64,000 nucleotides of DNA, taken from IMG/VR virus record IMGVR_UViG_2061766007_000756, one strand, 5' to 3'. This DNA is from an uncultured virus (IMG/VR IMGVR_UViG_2061766007_000756). Taxonomy: Duplodnaviria; Heunggongvirae; Uroviricota; Caudoviricetes. The notes beneath the pieces are model-generated. The model saw only the letters and a list, made by a program, of their open reading frames with translations, ran no database searches and was not told where the DNA came from. Below, piece after piece: positions 23,435-34,518 of this stretch; within the stretch, counting starts at the first letter, position 1, and each line of letters starts with the position of its first letter. A program made the position numbers and the translations under genes.

Positions 23435-24368
23435 ATGGACTGGTTAACGGTTGGTATATGCGCGCTTATTTGCGTGATTTGCTTAGTAATAAGTGGCTAT
23501 TTTGTACGAAAAATGTACAAGACAGCGAAAATGACTGAAGAGTATCAACAGCGCGCCATTGAGGCAAAAGCGCAAGCAAAAGAAGCTGAAGATAAATACT
23601 TCGATGTTTTAGCAAAACGCGATGTAGCAGAGCATGAAATCAATTTGCTCCAAGGTACAGCCCAGAAGTTGCGGGCCATGGCTGATGAATCAGCACAGTC
23701 ATATTATGATGAGAAAATGAAATCAACGCAACTTGAGTTGGAGCAAGAATTACAAAAAGAATAGAAAAAATTTAAAGATGCGATTTAGGACTATACTGAT
23801 GAATATGCCACAGTTATGTCTGATATGAGCGAATAGGTAAAAGAATACGGCGAGAATGCGAAATCTTTACTTGCGGTTATGGATGACCTAAAGGCCAAAC
23901 AACGTGCTGCCATAGAGGCAGCCAAGCGCAATATGAAAGAGCAAGATCAAATTGATTTCCATCGTATTCAAATACCTGAATCTGACCTACTGGAAATTGC
24001 CAGATTACGCGAAGTAATTCCATATTTACGAGATAAAGACACATTAAATAAGGTGATTTATAAAATTTATTATGAAAATCCTGTTAATGATTTGATTGGC
24101 CGAGTAGTCGGGCAAGCACAAGGTGGAATTTATAAAATAACAAATATTAAAAATAATATGTGCTATGTTGGATAGGCGGTTAATTTCGCTAATCGTTGGA
24201 AACAACATATTAAACGAGGTGTTGGAGCCGAGCCNNNNNNNNNNNNNNNNNNNAGAAAACTTTACTTTTGAAATAATTGAAGAATGCCCTGCTTCTAAAT
24301 TAAATGAACGTGAGCAATACTGGCAAGATTATTTTGGTGCAAAAGAATTTGGATATAGTATTCGTTAA
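23435..24368 (+). CDS. Membrane-anchored coiled-coil protein with C-terminal GIY-YIG nuclease; 4 TAG=Gln
   Basis: TM 4-23; TAG at 23762, 23786, 23834, 24173; GIYKITN..CYVG(TAG)AVNFANRWKQH, FTFEIIEEC..LNERE. Confidence 0.8.
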
Positions 24369-24384
24369 GAGAGGTAAGCGCGAT

Positions 24385-24696
24385 ATGATGATTAAAATTT
24401 TTACAACAAACAAAGATGGTAAAATTACACTTACCGCAAAAGAACTAAAAGAAATGCTTGATGAAGCATATTGGGAAGGGTATAGAAACAATAATCACAC
24501 TTGGACTTATACTACCCCAAGTTGGAGTCCATATTATTATACTACTTGTTCTGATGGATATACAATTTCAACAAGTGAAGCGGCAAAAACAGCAGGTAAT
24601 ACTATTACAATTGATGCAAATAGTGTTACTTCTGGTAATATTACTTTGAATAAAGATTTTCCTAATAATATAACTACAGCTACAAATTGGAAGTAA
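24385..24696 (+). CDS. Hypothetical protein
   Basis: ORF with GAGG RBS. Confidence 0.6.
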   Translation: MMIKIFTTNKDGKITLTAKELKEMLDEAYWEGYRNNNHTWTYTTPSWSPYYYTTCSDGYTISTSEAAKTAGNTITIDANSVTSGNITLNKDFPNNITTATNWK

Positions 24697-24701
24697 ATGT
24701 T

Positions 24702-24977
24702 ATGTATAAAATTATTGATGGAAGAGGCTCTGGTAAAACAAGCAGATTAATGCTTTTAGCAAAAGAAAACAATGGAGTCTTTGTGTGCGCCAACCCCGAC
24801 GCAATGAAGGTAAAAGCTCATGCCTATGGCTTGGTAGGTTTTGATATAATTTCATATTATGATTTCATTGAACGAAAATATGATACTCATAAACCGGCTT
24901 TTGTTGATGAATTAGATTGTTTTGTGAGGTCTTTAAGCAATAATTTACAAGGATATACTATATCAATTGAGGATTAA
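24702..24977 (+). CDS. Small P-loop protein
   Basis: GRGSGKT, FVDELD. Confidence 0.6.
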   Translation: MYKIIDGRGSGKTSRLMLLAKENNGVFVCANPDAMKVKAHAYGLVGFDIISYYDFIERKYDTHKPAFVDELDCFVRSLSNNLQGYTISIED

Positions 24978-24980
24978 ACA

Positions 24981-25817
24981 ATGAAATTTGAGAATTGTAA
25001 AGTATTTAACATGGAGGGAGCCCTCCGTGGAATGAGAAATCCAAAGAATAGTTGGCATTTAAGTGACAGTGAATTTGGTATGTATGATGAAGAAGATGCA
25101 TACGATTGTATTGATGCAGTTGCCGAACGTTGGGCTGAATATGATGGCCATGAGTGGGGAACTGATGATTACGATAAATATTTTGATGAGTATGGTAAAT
25201 GGTTAGAAGATAACTGTTTCTTATCAGAAAACAGAGATATTTCAGATATTGCTTGCATTGGTCCAAAAGATATGAAACTTGCAAAGCAACTTATTGCCGG
25301 TGGATCTGAACATCGTAAATTTTTACGTCAAATCATTGTGTCTATGGACATCACTGCTCCGCTCTATTGGTGGAAAGAATTTGATACTTATAAAGTCGCT
25401 ACTGTCGCCAATAGTACAAGTACAATGCACAAATTAACTTCCAAGCCTATTACTTTAGATTGCTTCGAAACTGGAGATTTCGTAAATATTCCTTATCCAA
25501 AAGATGCTCAAAGACCAGAATTAAAAAGCGATATTGATGAAGATTTTGTTCAAATGAGCTTAATTCCTTATATGGAATATTTACGTCAAAAGTATCTTGA
25601 GTTAGTAAAAGATAATCCAGAAGAAGCGAAAAAATATTGGAAAGAACTTGTGCGCTGGCTGCCTAATGGATGGCTACAGACCAGAACATGGACAGCGAAT
25701 TACGAGACTCTGCGCTCAATGTATCGCCAGCGCAAAGACCACAAACTCACTGAGTGGCATCAATTTTGTGATTTTGTGAAAACGCTTCCTTATGCCAAAG
25801 AATTCATTATTGACTAA
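24981..25817 (+). CDS. ThyX-like FAD-dependent thymidylate synthase
   Basis: SEHRKFLRQI, APLYWWKEFDTYKV, STSTMH, LP.GW.QTR, HKL.EW. Confidence 0.65.
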   Translation: MKFENCKVFNMEGALRGMRNPKNSWHLSDSEFGMYDEEDAYDCIDAVAERWAEYDGHEWGTDDYDKYFDEYGKWLEDNCFLSENRDISDIACIGPKDMKLAKQLIAGGSEHRKFLRQIIVSMDITAPLYWWKEFDTYKVATVANSTSTMHKLTSKPITLDCFETGDFVNIPYPKDAQRPELKSDIDEDFVQMSLIPYMEYLRQKYLELVKDNPEEAKKYWKELVRWLPNGWLQTRTWTANYETLRSMYRQRKDHKLTEWHQFCDFVKTLPYAKEFIID

Positions 25818-25869
25818 TAGGCGATTTACTTGCATTTTCTATAAAAAAATGGTATAATATATTTAGAAA

Positions 25870-26238
25870 ATGAAAGAAAGGGTTTCACAAATGAAACAAG
25901 AATTTTTAGATTTTTTGAAGAGTTTAATGGAAGCAGCACCAGATGTAGTCGAAGAAAAGATGACTGATAATGTAAAGAAATATATCGAAACTCTATCTGG
26001 GATTAAAGACGATAAGCCAATTATTACAGATAATGGCAAAGTCATTCTTGATTATATGCAGAAAACTGATGTTCCAATGATGAAAGCGAAAGATATTGCC
26101 GATAACCTGATGGTTTCGAGTCGGAAGGTATCTGGGTCTCTACGGAAACTTGTCTCTGATGGATTTGTGGAGAAAGTTGGTCAGGATCCTGTGATTTATG
26201 CTTTAACAGAAAAAGGAAAGAATTTTATTATTGAATAA
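25870..26238 (+). CDS. Winged-helix transcription regulator
   Basis: AKDIADNL.VSSRKVSGSLRKLVSDGFVEK; promoter TTGCAT 25830 / TATAAT 25853. Confidence 0.75.
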   Translation: MKERVSQMKQEFLDFLKSLMEAAPDVVEEKMTDNVKKYIETLSGIKDDKPIITDNGKVILDYMQKTDVPMMKAKDIADNLMVSSRKVSGSLRKLVSDGFVEKVGQDPVIYALTEKGKNFIIE

Positions 26239-26251
26239 GGAGAAATGAATT

Positions 26252-27178
26252 ATGAAAAAGAATATGATTAATAGCGTACATATTGAAGGAATTTTATATT
26301 CTCATAGCCTGGAGGCAAAGGTAACTGGAGAGAATTCTAAGGCGCCTGGCACTCCGTATGTCGCTGGAACAATTGATATTGCAACTGATGATGCAAAGAC
26401 TAATATTGTGTCTGTGCATTTTACATATGTAACTCCTACCTATGCAAAGACTGGTAAGAGTAATCCTAATTATCAAATTTTAAATGATATTATTACTGGT
26501 AAGACCAAGAACTTCACCGAGCATGGTGAAGGAGTCAAGCTTCGTATTGATTCCAGTATCGCTCTGAATGAGTTCTATTCTGACCGTAATGGTGAAGAGG
26601 AACTTGTGAGCGTAAAGCGCAATGAGGGTGGATTTATTCATATCGTCAGCAAGTTAGATGATGATGAGAAGAAGAGAAACACTTTCATGGCCGATATGGT
26701 TATTACTGGTGTTACTCATATTGATGCCGATGATGAGAGAAATCTTCCGGAGAAGGTAACTGTAAGAGGTTGCATCTTTGACTTCAGAAATGCACTTCTT
26801 CCCGTTGAATTTAGCGCAACCAGCCAGGGTGCAATGAATTACTTTGAAGGTCTTGGAGTTTCTAATAAGAATCCGGTGTTTACCAAGATTTGGGGCCGCG
26901 AGACAGCGACAACTGTTACTCGTACCATCACTGAAGAGTCTGCATTTGGCGAAGCAAATGTGCGTGAAGTAAATTCTTCTCGTAGAGATTTTATTATCAC
27001 TGGTGCATCAACAGAACCTTATGAGTGGGATGATGAGTCCACCATTACCGCAGCTGAACTGACCAAGGCGATGACCGATCGTCAGACTTATATTGCTGCG
27101 ATGAAGAAGAGACAGGATGATTATAAAGCATCTCAGGGCGGTTCTAATGAACCTAAGCAGGGTGGATTTAACTTCTAA
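26252..27178 (+). CDS. Single-stranded DNA-binding protein (putative)
   Basis: NSVHIEGIL OB-fold start, aromatic tail GGFNF, next to AAA ATPase and helicase. Confidence 0.65.
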   Translation: MKKNMINSVHIEGILYSHSLEAKVTGENSKAPGTPYVAGTIDIATDDAKTNIVSVHFTYVTPTYAKTGKSNPNYQILNDIITGKTKNFTEHGEGVKLRIDSSIALNEFYSDRNGEEELVSVKRNEGGFIHIVSKLDDDEKKRNTFMADMVITGVTHIDADDERNLPEKVTVRGCIFDFRNALLPVEFSATSQGAMNYFEGLGVSNKNPVFTKIWGRETATTVTRTITEESAFGEANVREVNSSRRDFIITGASTEPYEWDDESTITAAELTKAMTDRQTYIAAMKKRQDDYKASQGGSNEPKQGGFNF

Positions 27179-27227
27179 TCCACCCCTCCCTTGAGGGAGT
27201 TGAAGTAATAGAAAAGGAGATAAGATT

Positions 27228-28205
27228 ATGGCTAATTCATTGTTAGAGATTCAACCACACAAAGTTAGTAGAGATTTAAGAGGATATACAGTGTTCTTCT
27301 ATGGCGATCCCAAGGCTGGCAAGACAACTATTGCTTCTAAGTTCCCAGGTGCTTTACTTCTAGCTTTTGAGAAAGGTTATAATACAATTCCAGGTATTAT
27401 GGCTAAACCTTTAAATACTTGGTCTGANNNNNNNNNNNNNNNAGATCCCGAAGTACAAAAGGTATTCCAAACAGTCGTAATTGATACTGCCGATATTGCA
27501 TATGCCCTTTGTGAAAAATGGGTGTGCCAGCAAGAGAGTAATGAGAAGGTCGATTACACCACAATCGGAGATATTCCATATGGTAAGGGATATAAACTAG
27601 TTGAAAAAGAATTTGACGAGAGCCTGCGCGCAATCATTCAAATGAATTATGGTCTTGTAATTATTTCTCATGCGATTGATAAGACTTTTACTGATGAAAA
27701 TGGTAAAGACTTTAATCAGATTGTCCCCACCCTGGACCAGAGGGGCCGTAAAATCTGCGAGCGCACTTGCGATATTATTGGATATGCCAGAAGTATTGAA
27801 ACAGATGAAGGTCGACGTAGCACTCTTTACTTGCGCCAGACCTCAAGATTCGTAGCTGGGTCTCGTTTCAAATATATGCCTAATGCGATTGATTTTACAT
27901 ATGAAAATCTTGTAAATGCAATCCAGGAGGCGATTGATAAGGAAGCAGCTGAAAACAGTGGCAAATTTGTTACTGAAGAGCGTCAAAATAGAGAGCTTGT
28001 AAAAGCAAACTATGATTTTAAGGCGCTAATGGATGAATTCCAAAATCTTGTTAGCAAATTGATGGAAACTCAAAGTCCAACAATGGCTGCAAAGATTACC
28101 AAGATTGTAGAAACTCACCTTGGTAAGGGTAAGAAAGTTGGAGAAATTACTCCTGAACAAGCTGCAGAACTTGACCTTATCGTTTATGATTTGAAACAGC
28201 TTTGA
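27228..28205 (+). CDS. AAA_24/Sak4-like ATPase
   Basis: YGDPKAGKTT, AFEKG, VVIDTAD, IISH, CDIIGY, AGSRF. Confidence 0.8.
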   Translation: MANSLLEIQPHKVSRDLRGYTVFFYGDPKAGKTTIASKFPGALLLAFEKGYNTIPGIMAKPLNTWSXXXXXXDPEVQKVFQTVVIDTADIAYALCEKWVCQQESNEKVDYTTIGDIPYGKGYKLVEKEFDESLRAIIQMNYGLVIISHAIDKTFTDENGKDFNQIVPTLDQRGRKICERTCDIIGYARSIETDEGRRSTLYLRQTSRFVAGSRFKYMPNAIDFTYENLVNAIQEAIDKEAAENSGKFVTEERQNRELVKANYDFKALMDEFQNLVSKLMETQSPTMAAKITKIVETHLGKGKKVGEITPEQAAELDLIVYDLKQL

Positions 28206-28223
28206 TATAAAGTTCTTTAAGGC

Positions 28224-28277
28224 TCAACCCAGGGTTATGCGCCCTGGGTTGATTTTTTTATAATTTTATGGTATAAT
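28224..28277 (+). promoter_or_regulatory. Terminator hairpin overlapping sigmaA promoter
   Basis: TCAACCCAGGG/CCCTGGGTTGA; TTGATT 28249, TATAAT 28272. Confidence 0.75.
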
Positions 28278-28298
28278 ATTAAAGAGAGGAGGATAGAT

Positions 28299-28800
28299 AT
28301 GGCACATTTAGTTAAATGTTATTATTGCGGCAAGCAATTTGATAGAGATAAAGAGCCGACTATTCAGATTCCNNNNNNNNNNNNNNNNNNNNNNNNNNNN
28401 NNNNNNNNNNNNNNNNCAAGGACCAGATTCAATTAGAAGAGTATATAAAGAAGCTCTTCAAAATGGACTATGTTCCGCCTAATGTACAAAATCAAATTAA
28501 GGAATATATTGAACAAAAAGGCTTTACTTATTCTGGTATTTACAAAACATTGTTTTNNNNNNNNNNTTATTTTGATATAATGCACAATGTAAATACTTAT
28601 TTGAATAATCCAACAATTGCAATAGTTCCATATGTTTATCCTCAAGCAAGAGAATATTATTATGTTCTCTACCAAGCTAAAAAATTAAATGAAAATAAAA
28701 AATTTGAAAAGCCAAAAGAAGTGACAATAACAANNNNNNNNNNNNCCGAAGAGATTTGTTTACATTTTTAGATGAGGAGGCGGATGATAATGGCGAGTAA
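28299..28800 (+). CDS. Zn-finger hypothetical protein upstream of helicase
   Basis: VKCYYCG; gap-split; overlaps dnaB start. Confidence 0.55.
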
Positions 28801-30356
28801 ATATGTCGATACAACAAGCATAATGCAAGTTATTGGATGTGTTTATAATCATCCTCAACTCCTGGATTTTACAGATAAATATACAATTACAGATGACGAT
28901 TTTCCCGATGAATTTCATAGAATTGCTTTTGNNNNNNNNNNNNNNNNNNNNNNNNNNNNNNNNNNNNNNNNNNNNNNTAGGTGCGGAGAAAATTACTTTG
29001 GAAAATATTGCAGATTTCCTTAGCAGTCGTCCGAAAGCTGAAGCAGTTTTTAAGAATTATAAAGGCAACGAATGGTTGCTTAAAGTATCTGAATCAGCAA
29101 TTCCTGATGCATTCGATTATTATTATAGTCGATTAAAGAAGATGTCGCTATTGCGTGCATATGACAATTATGGAATTAATGTTGAAGATATTTATGACCC
29201 AGACAATATTTTAGATGTAAAGAAGAAACAACTCCAAGAAGAATGGCTTGATAATTCTACTCTGGAAGATATTGCAAATAAAGTAGATGCGAAAATTGAC
29301 CAGATTCGTGCAACATATGTAAATGACCAATTTGGAGAAGCATATCAAGCCGGTGATGGAATTTTTGAATTAATCGAAAGATTAAAAGAGTATCCAGAAG
29401 TTGGAGTACCCCTTTATGGGCCATTAATTAATACTGTCACAAAAGGCGCAAGATTAAAAAAGTTTTATTTGCGTTCGGCCCCCACTGGTATCGGTAAGTC
29501 TCGTACAATGATTGCAGATGCGTGTTATATCGCATGTAATCGAATCTATGATGAGATTTTTGGCTGGATTAAAAATGGAACATGTCAACCCACTCTGTAT
29601 ATAACAACAGAGCAAGAAAAAGAAGAAATACAAACTATGATGTTAGCATTTCTTTCTAATGTGAATGAGGAGCATATAATAGATGGAAAGTATCAGGGAG
29701 ATGAAGAAGAGCGAGTATTAGAAGCTGCTAGAATACTTCAGTCCAGTCCTCTTTACATCGAGGAATTACCAGACTTCTCCCTTCAAGACGTTGAGGATAA
29801 AATTAAAAAGAATATCCGTGACCATGACGTTAAATATGTATTTCACGACTATATACATACTTCCCTCCGAATCCTTGAAGAAATCACTCGAAGATCTGGA
29901 GGAATCAAGCTCCGTGAAGACAATGTACTCTTCATGCTTTCAATTCGGCTCAAAGATATTTGCAATAAATATGGAATATTTATTATGTCCGCAACACAAC
30001 TCAACGCCGATTACCAAGTTTCTAGCACTCCAGACCAGAACCTTTTAAGAGGCGCTAAAGCTATTGCTGATAAAATTGACTTTGGTTCAATTCTTTTGGG
30101 AGTGACTCAGGAAGATTTAGAGGCATTACAGCCAATTCTTTCGGCAAATACATTTGATACCCCGAATTTGAAATTATCTATTTATAAGAATAGACGAGGA
30201 AGATGGAAGGGAGTTTTACTTTGGTGCAAAGCAGATTTGGGATGCTGTAGAGTTAAACCAATGTTTTGTACTTCATATCAATACGAAATCCAAACTATTG
30301 AGGATTTAAAAATATTAACAGAAGAACCAAGTGCGTTCAATAATGAGGAGGATTAA
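28790..30356 (+). CDS. dnaB: DnaB-like replicative helicase
   Basis: SAPTGIGKSR, YITTEQ, FHDYIH, SATQLN, RGAKAIADKID, KNRRG. Confidence 0.85.
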
Positions 30357-30358
30357 TT

Positions 30359-30688
30359 ATGCCACGTAATGATGGTAACACCCAGAAGAGACCCAATAAG
30401 CCTATGAATAATCAGAATTTTCAGAATAAGAAACAGCCTAAGAATAGGAACAATAAGAATAATCCACCAAAAGTAAATGCTGATAATGGCAAGAATAAGC
30501 CATTCATTGCTAAATGTCCTCCTGGCAAGTGCGGTCCGGCTTACGAGTACAAGATGTCTCGTGAGTGCGCCAATGACCTTCTGAAGGAGTGCCCTGCACG
30601 CATGAGACCGCAGCAGTATTTGTGTGATTATGTAACTGAGCAGTATGGCCTACGCGGCTATTGCTGCAGAGTGATTGTTGAGGGATAA
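30359..30688 (+). CDS. Hypothetical protein
   Basis: GAGGAGG RBS, Asn/Lys-rich N-terminus. Confidence 0.65.
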   Translation: MPRNDGNTQKRPNKPMNNQNFQNKKQPKNRNNKNNPPKVNADNGKNKPFIAKCPPGKCGPAYEYKMSRECANDLLKECPARMRPQQYLCDYVTEQYGLRGYCCRVIVEG

Positions 30689-30689
30689 A

Positions 30690-31349
30690 ATGCAAGATTA
30701 CAACAAGACAGAAATAAGAGATAATATAACATTAGATAATATTTTTGACTTGTTGCAAGAATGGGGTGGGGATCCTGAATATACAAGTTTTGGGATCCTC
30801 GCTTCTACAATTTGCCATAATCCGCCGGGAGAGGGCAGCCGCAAGTTATNNNNNNNNNNNNNNNNAGATGACGATGTTGGTCTTTTGGATTGGCAATATC
30901 TCAATAATTATGACAAAATTAGTGAAATAGATATTAAAAAGCAGGAAGTCAGATTAAAAGAATATGATTCGAATGTTGCGAACAATTTATGCAAGTGTGG
31001 ATGCCGGATCGACCCGTGGCTTAAGGAAGGTATTTCTCAAGCTGCGATGGACCATGCTCATATCGGCTNNNNNNNNNNNNNNNNNNNNNNNNNNNTCTCC
31101 ATACCCCATTATGATAAAGAAGGACGGCTTGTGGGTCTCCGCGGACGAACAATGTCTAAGGAAGAGGCTGAACAGTTTGGCAAATATAGACCGATAAAAA
31201 TAAATGGTAAAATGTATAATCACCCACTTGGGTATAATTTATACAATTTAAATAACTCACAAGATAATATTCGGACTATTGGAAAAGCAATAGTATTTGA
31301 GGCTGAGAAATCTTGTTTATTATATCAATCATATTTTGGATTTGAAAAT
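30690..31349 (+). CDS. dnaG: DNA primase (3' part in gap)
   Basis: TICHN, IPHYD..GRLVGLRGR, NLYNLN, TOPRIM FEAEKS. Confidence 0.8.
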
Positions 31350-31695
31350 NNNNNNNNNNNNNNNNNNNNNNNNNNNNNNNNNNNNNNNNNNNNNNNNNNN
31401 NNNNNNNNNNNNNNNNNNNNNNNNNNNNNNNNNNNNNNNNNNNNNNNNNNNNNNNNNNNNNNNNNNNNNNNNNNNNNNNNNNNNNNNNNNNNNNNNNNNN
31501 NNNNNNNNNNNNNNNNNNNNNNNNNNNNNNNNNNNNNNNNNNNNNNNNNNNNNNNNNNNNNNNNNNNNNNNNNNNNNNNNNNNNNNNNNNNNNNNNNNNN
31601 NNNNNNNNNNNNNNNNNNNNNNNNNNNNNNNNNNNNNNNNNNNNNNNNNNNNNNNNNNNNNNNNNNNNNNNNNNNNNNNNNNNNNNNNNNNNNNA

Positions 31696-31887
31696 GTTAT
31701 AGAATATAGACGTTCGCATCCAAATTGTAAATATTGCGCTCATGCAAAGTTTTATTCTCCATCTGCGCTAGGGATACCTTGCTCTGGTGATTGGTGGGAA
31801 TGTGAATGTAGTGATAAAACAATTCATTTTTTTAGAAAGGCAAAATTATGCAAATATTATCGAGTTCGTATAAAAAACTCACAGTAA
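31696..31887 (+). CDS. Cys-rich hypothetical protein (partial)
   Basis: HPNCKYC...CEC...LCKYY. Confidence 0.5.
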   Translation, partial: VIEYRRSHPNCKYCAHAKFYSPSALGIPCSGDWWECECSDKTIHFFRKAKLCKYYRVRIKNSQ

Positions 31888-31943
31888 GTTCATTTGCGGC
31901 TGGNNNNNNNNNNNNNNNNNNNNNNNNNNNNNNNNNNNNNNNN

Positions 31944-32444
31944 TTGGGTTTTTCCGATTGGCTTATATATGGTATGCTTTTTTGGTTTACATCTTTATAC
32001 TGGTCGAGTATGTTATGCTAAATTAATTGATGCTCCTGAATTATTATGGATGATTATAATGAATTTCATTGGCGCAGGGCTTCTTGGAATTNNNNNNNNN
32101 NNNNNNNNNNNNNNNNNNNNNNNNNNNNNNNNNNNNNNNNNNNNNNNNNNNNNNNNNNNNNNNNNNNNNNNNNNNNNNNNNNNNNNNNNNNNNNNGTAAT
32201 GATTTTCGTTGCTGTTCACTCCTGGAAAAATATTCCAAGTCCAAATAATATTATTGGATTGATTTTTGCAACTGCAATTTTTGTAATGTGTGGATTTGAA
32301 CACTGTGTTGCCAATGCTTTTTATTTTGGGTGCGCTTTCAATCATAATATTGAAATGATTTGGTATTTACCTGCGTGCGCTCTCGGCAATACAATCGGAG
32401 GCCTGGCCGCACATCAAACTGCCAAGTGTGTGGGTTGGAGGTGA
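31944..32444 (+). CDS. Formate/nitrite transporter (FNT) family protein, partial
   Basis: FPIGL..V....LHLYTG and FVMCGFEHCVANAFYF...GNTIGG signature motifs. Confidence 0.8.
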
Positions 32445-32468
32445 TTCCAATGAAAGGAGGTTGAGAGT

Positions 32469-34044
32469 ATGAACTATCAACTTATAGCACCAAGACTCCC
32501 AGGACTAAGTGTGGTAGAGCAGGTGTTCGAAAACAGAGGAATAAATAGAAAAGATATTTATCATTATTTACATACGACAAAAAATGATTTATATGACCCA
32601 CTTTTATTAGATAGAATACAAGATGGCGTAAAAATGCTGGTTAAGCATATAAATAATCAAGATAAAACTTTTATTCAAGTCGATAGTGATTGTGATGGAT
32701 ATACTTCAGCAGCTTTTTTAATTAATTATCTTAATCAATGGTTTCCAGCATATGTTCAGAATTGTATAACATATCGAGTTCATGATAATAAATCACATGG
32801 ATTAATATTAGAAACAATTCCAGAAGATGTAAAATTAGTAATCGCCCCAGACTCCAGTTCAAATGATTATGAAGTACATAAGGCCCTGGCTGAACGAGGA
32901 TGTGATGTTCTTGTTTTAGACCACCACTTGGCCGATCATGTTTCAGAATACGCTTGTATTGTTAATAATCAAATGTGTGATTATCCAAACAAATCATTAT
33001 CTGGCGTTGGAATTGTTTATAAATTNNNNNNNNNNNNNTTAGGCGAGAATAAAGCCGACGAATTTCTAGATTTAGCTGCCGTTGGAATGATTGCTGATAT
33101 TATGGATTTACGAGATTTTGAAACTCGCTATATGATTGAATATGGTATGCAGCATGTCCGTAATCCATTTATTAAAGAAATGATGAAAAGAATGGACTTT
33201 AAGGTAAATGGTCAATTAAATCCATTCAAAGTTTCATTTTACGTTGCTCCATTTGTCAATGCGATAAANNNNNNNNNNGCAAGCCAAGAGTCGTGATATA
33301 AATACAGAAATGATTGAGGAAATCATTACTGAACATAAATTATATCATCATACTTTAATCGCAGTAAAACTTTCAAAAGAACAGGCTGCCGATAGAAATT
33401 TAACAGGATTAATTGCTACTCAAATTGCAAATAAATATGGCCATCCAACAGCAATTCTAAATGAAACAGAACATGATGGTGAAAAATGGTGGGAAGGCTC
33501 TATGCGCGGAGCACCACATATTGAAATCACAGATACTCGTCAAGTTCTGTTAGATACTGGGTTGGTTCAATATTGTGAAGGACATTCTAATGCTGCTGGA
33601 ATTGGTATTAAAGATAGCGATTTTATTAAATTAATTGAATATCTTGACCAACAATATGACCCAGAAGCATTTAAGCCCATTTGGAATGTTGACGTTGAGA
33701 TTCCATTAGAAGAAGCAGAAGAAAGTGTAAGTGCGCTCGGCCGTCTTGCTGATTACTGGGGGACTGGCATTGAAGAGCCGCATGTCGTGATTACAAAAGT
33801 AAAAATCACAAAAGATAATTGTCAAATGATGAAATCTAATACATTCAAGATTTCTTTTGGTGATTTAAGTTTCATTCGTTTCAAAATGCCCGACGAGGAA
33901 TTTGAAGCATTAGTTCCTGATATGGGATATAAGATATTAACTATTGTTGGGCTATGTCATATTAATAGATGGAATAACTATGAATATCCTCAAGTAGAAA
34001 TTGAGGATTATAGAATTGATAAAGTTATGAAGTGGGACTTCTAA
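32469..34044 (+). CDS. recJ: RecJ-like DHH exonuclease
   Basis: DSDCDG, LDHH, LSGVG, GMIADIMDL, GSMRG, GHSNAAG. Confidence 0.88.
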
Positions 34045-34115
34045 AGGCCAATTCTAATTTATAAACTTCGTAGAAATTTTAATTTTTATAGAAGTAATCA
34101 AAGGAGGATATACCT

Positions 34116-34334
34116 ATGTTACAAGTAAATAGTATGAATTATAATGCATCTGCCGCTAGTGTTGGTGCTAATGAAGAGCAACTTGCAACTTTCTATTTCA
34201 ATGCTGATAATTACAACAATTTCTCTTTTAATATCAATTTTTCTAACAAAGCTGTTGTGAAGAACGCTGATGTTTGGGATGATTTTGCTGCATTTAAAGC
34301 TCAAGTTGCTGATATGCTTGAGGAGAACTTTTGA
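34116..34334 (+). CDS. Small hypothetical protein, monocistronic
   Basis: AAGGAGG RBS, motif copy at 34046, terminator 34358-34392. Confidence 0.7.
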   Translation: MLQVNSMNYNASAASVGANEEQLATFYFNADNYNNFSFNINFSNKAVVKNADVWDDFAAFKAQVADMLEENF

Positions 34335-34357
34335 TTAATATTGAAAGTTAAAAAATG

Positions 34358-34392
34358 AGGGGTCGCTTGGAAATCAGGCGGCCCCATTTTTT
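34358..34392 (+). terminator. Rho-independent terminator
   Basis: GGGGTCGCTTG-GAAAT-CAGGCGGCCCC plus T tract. Confidence 0.75.
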
Positions 34393-34518
34393 CATTGGTA
34401 GCTCCGGCCGGCCACAGCTGTGCCTGNNNNNNNNNNNNNNNNNNNNNNNNNNNNNNNNNNNNNNNNNNNNNNNNNNNNNNNNNNNNNNNNNNNNNNNNNN
34501 NNNNNNNNNNNATTTATT

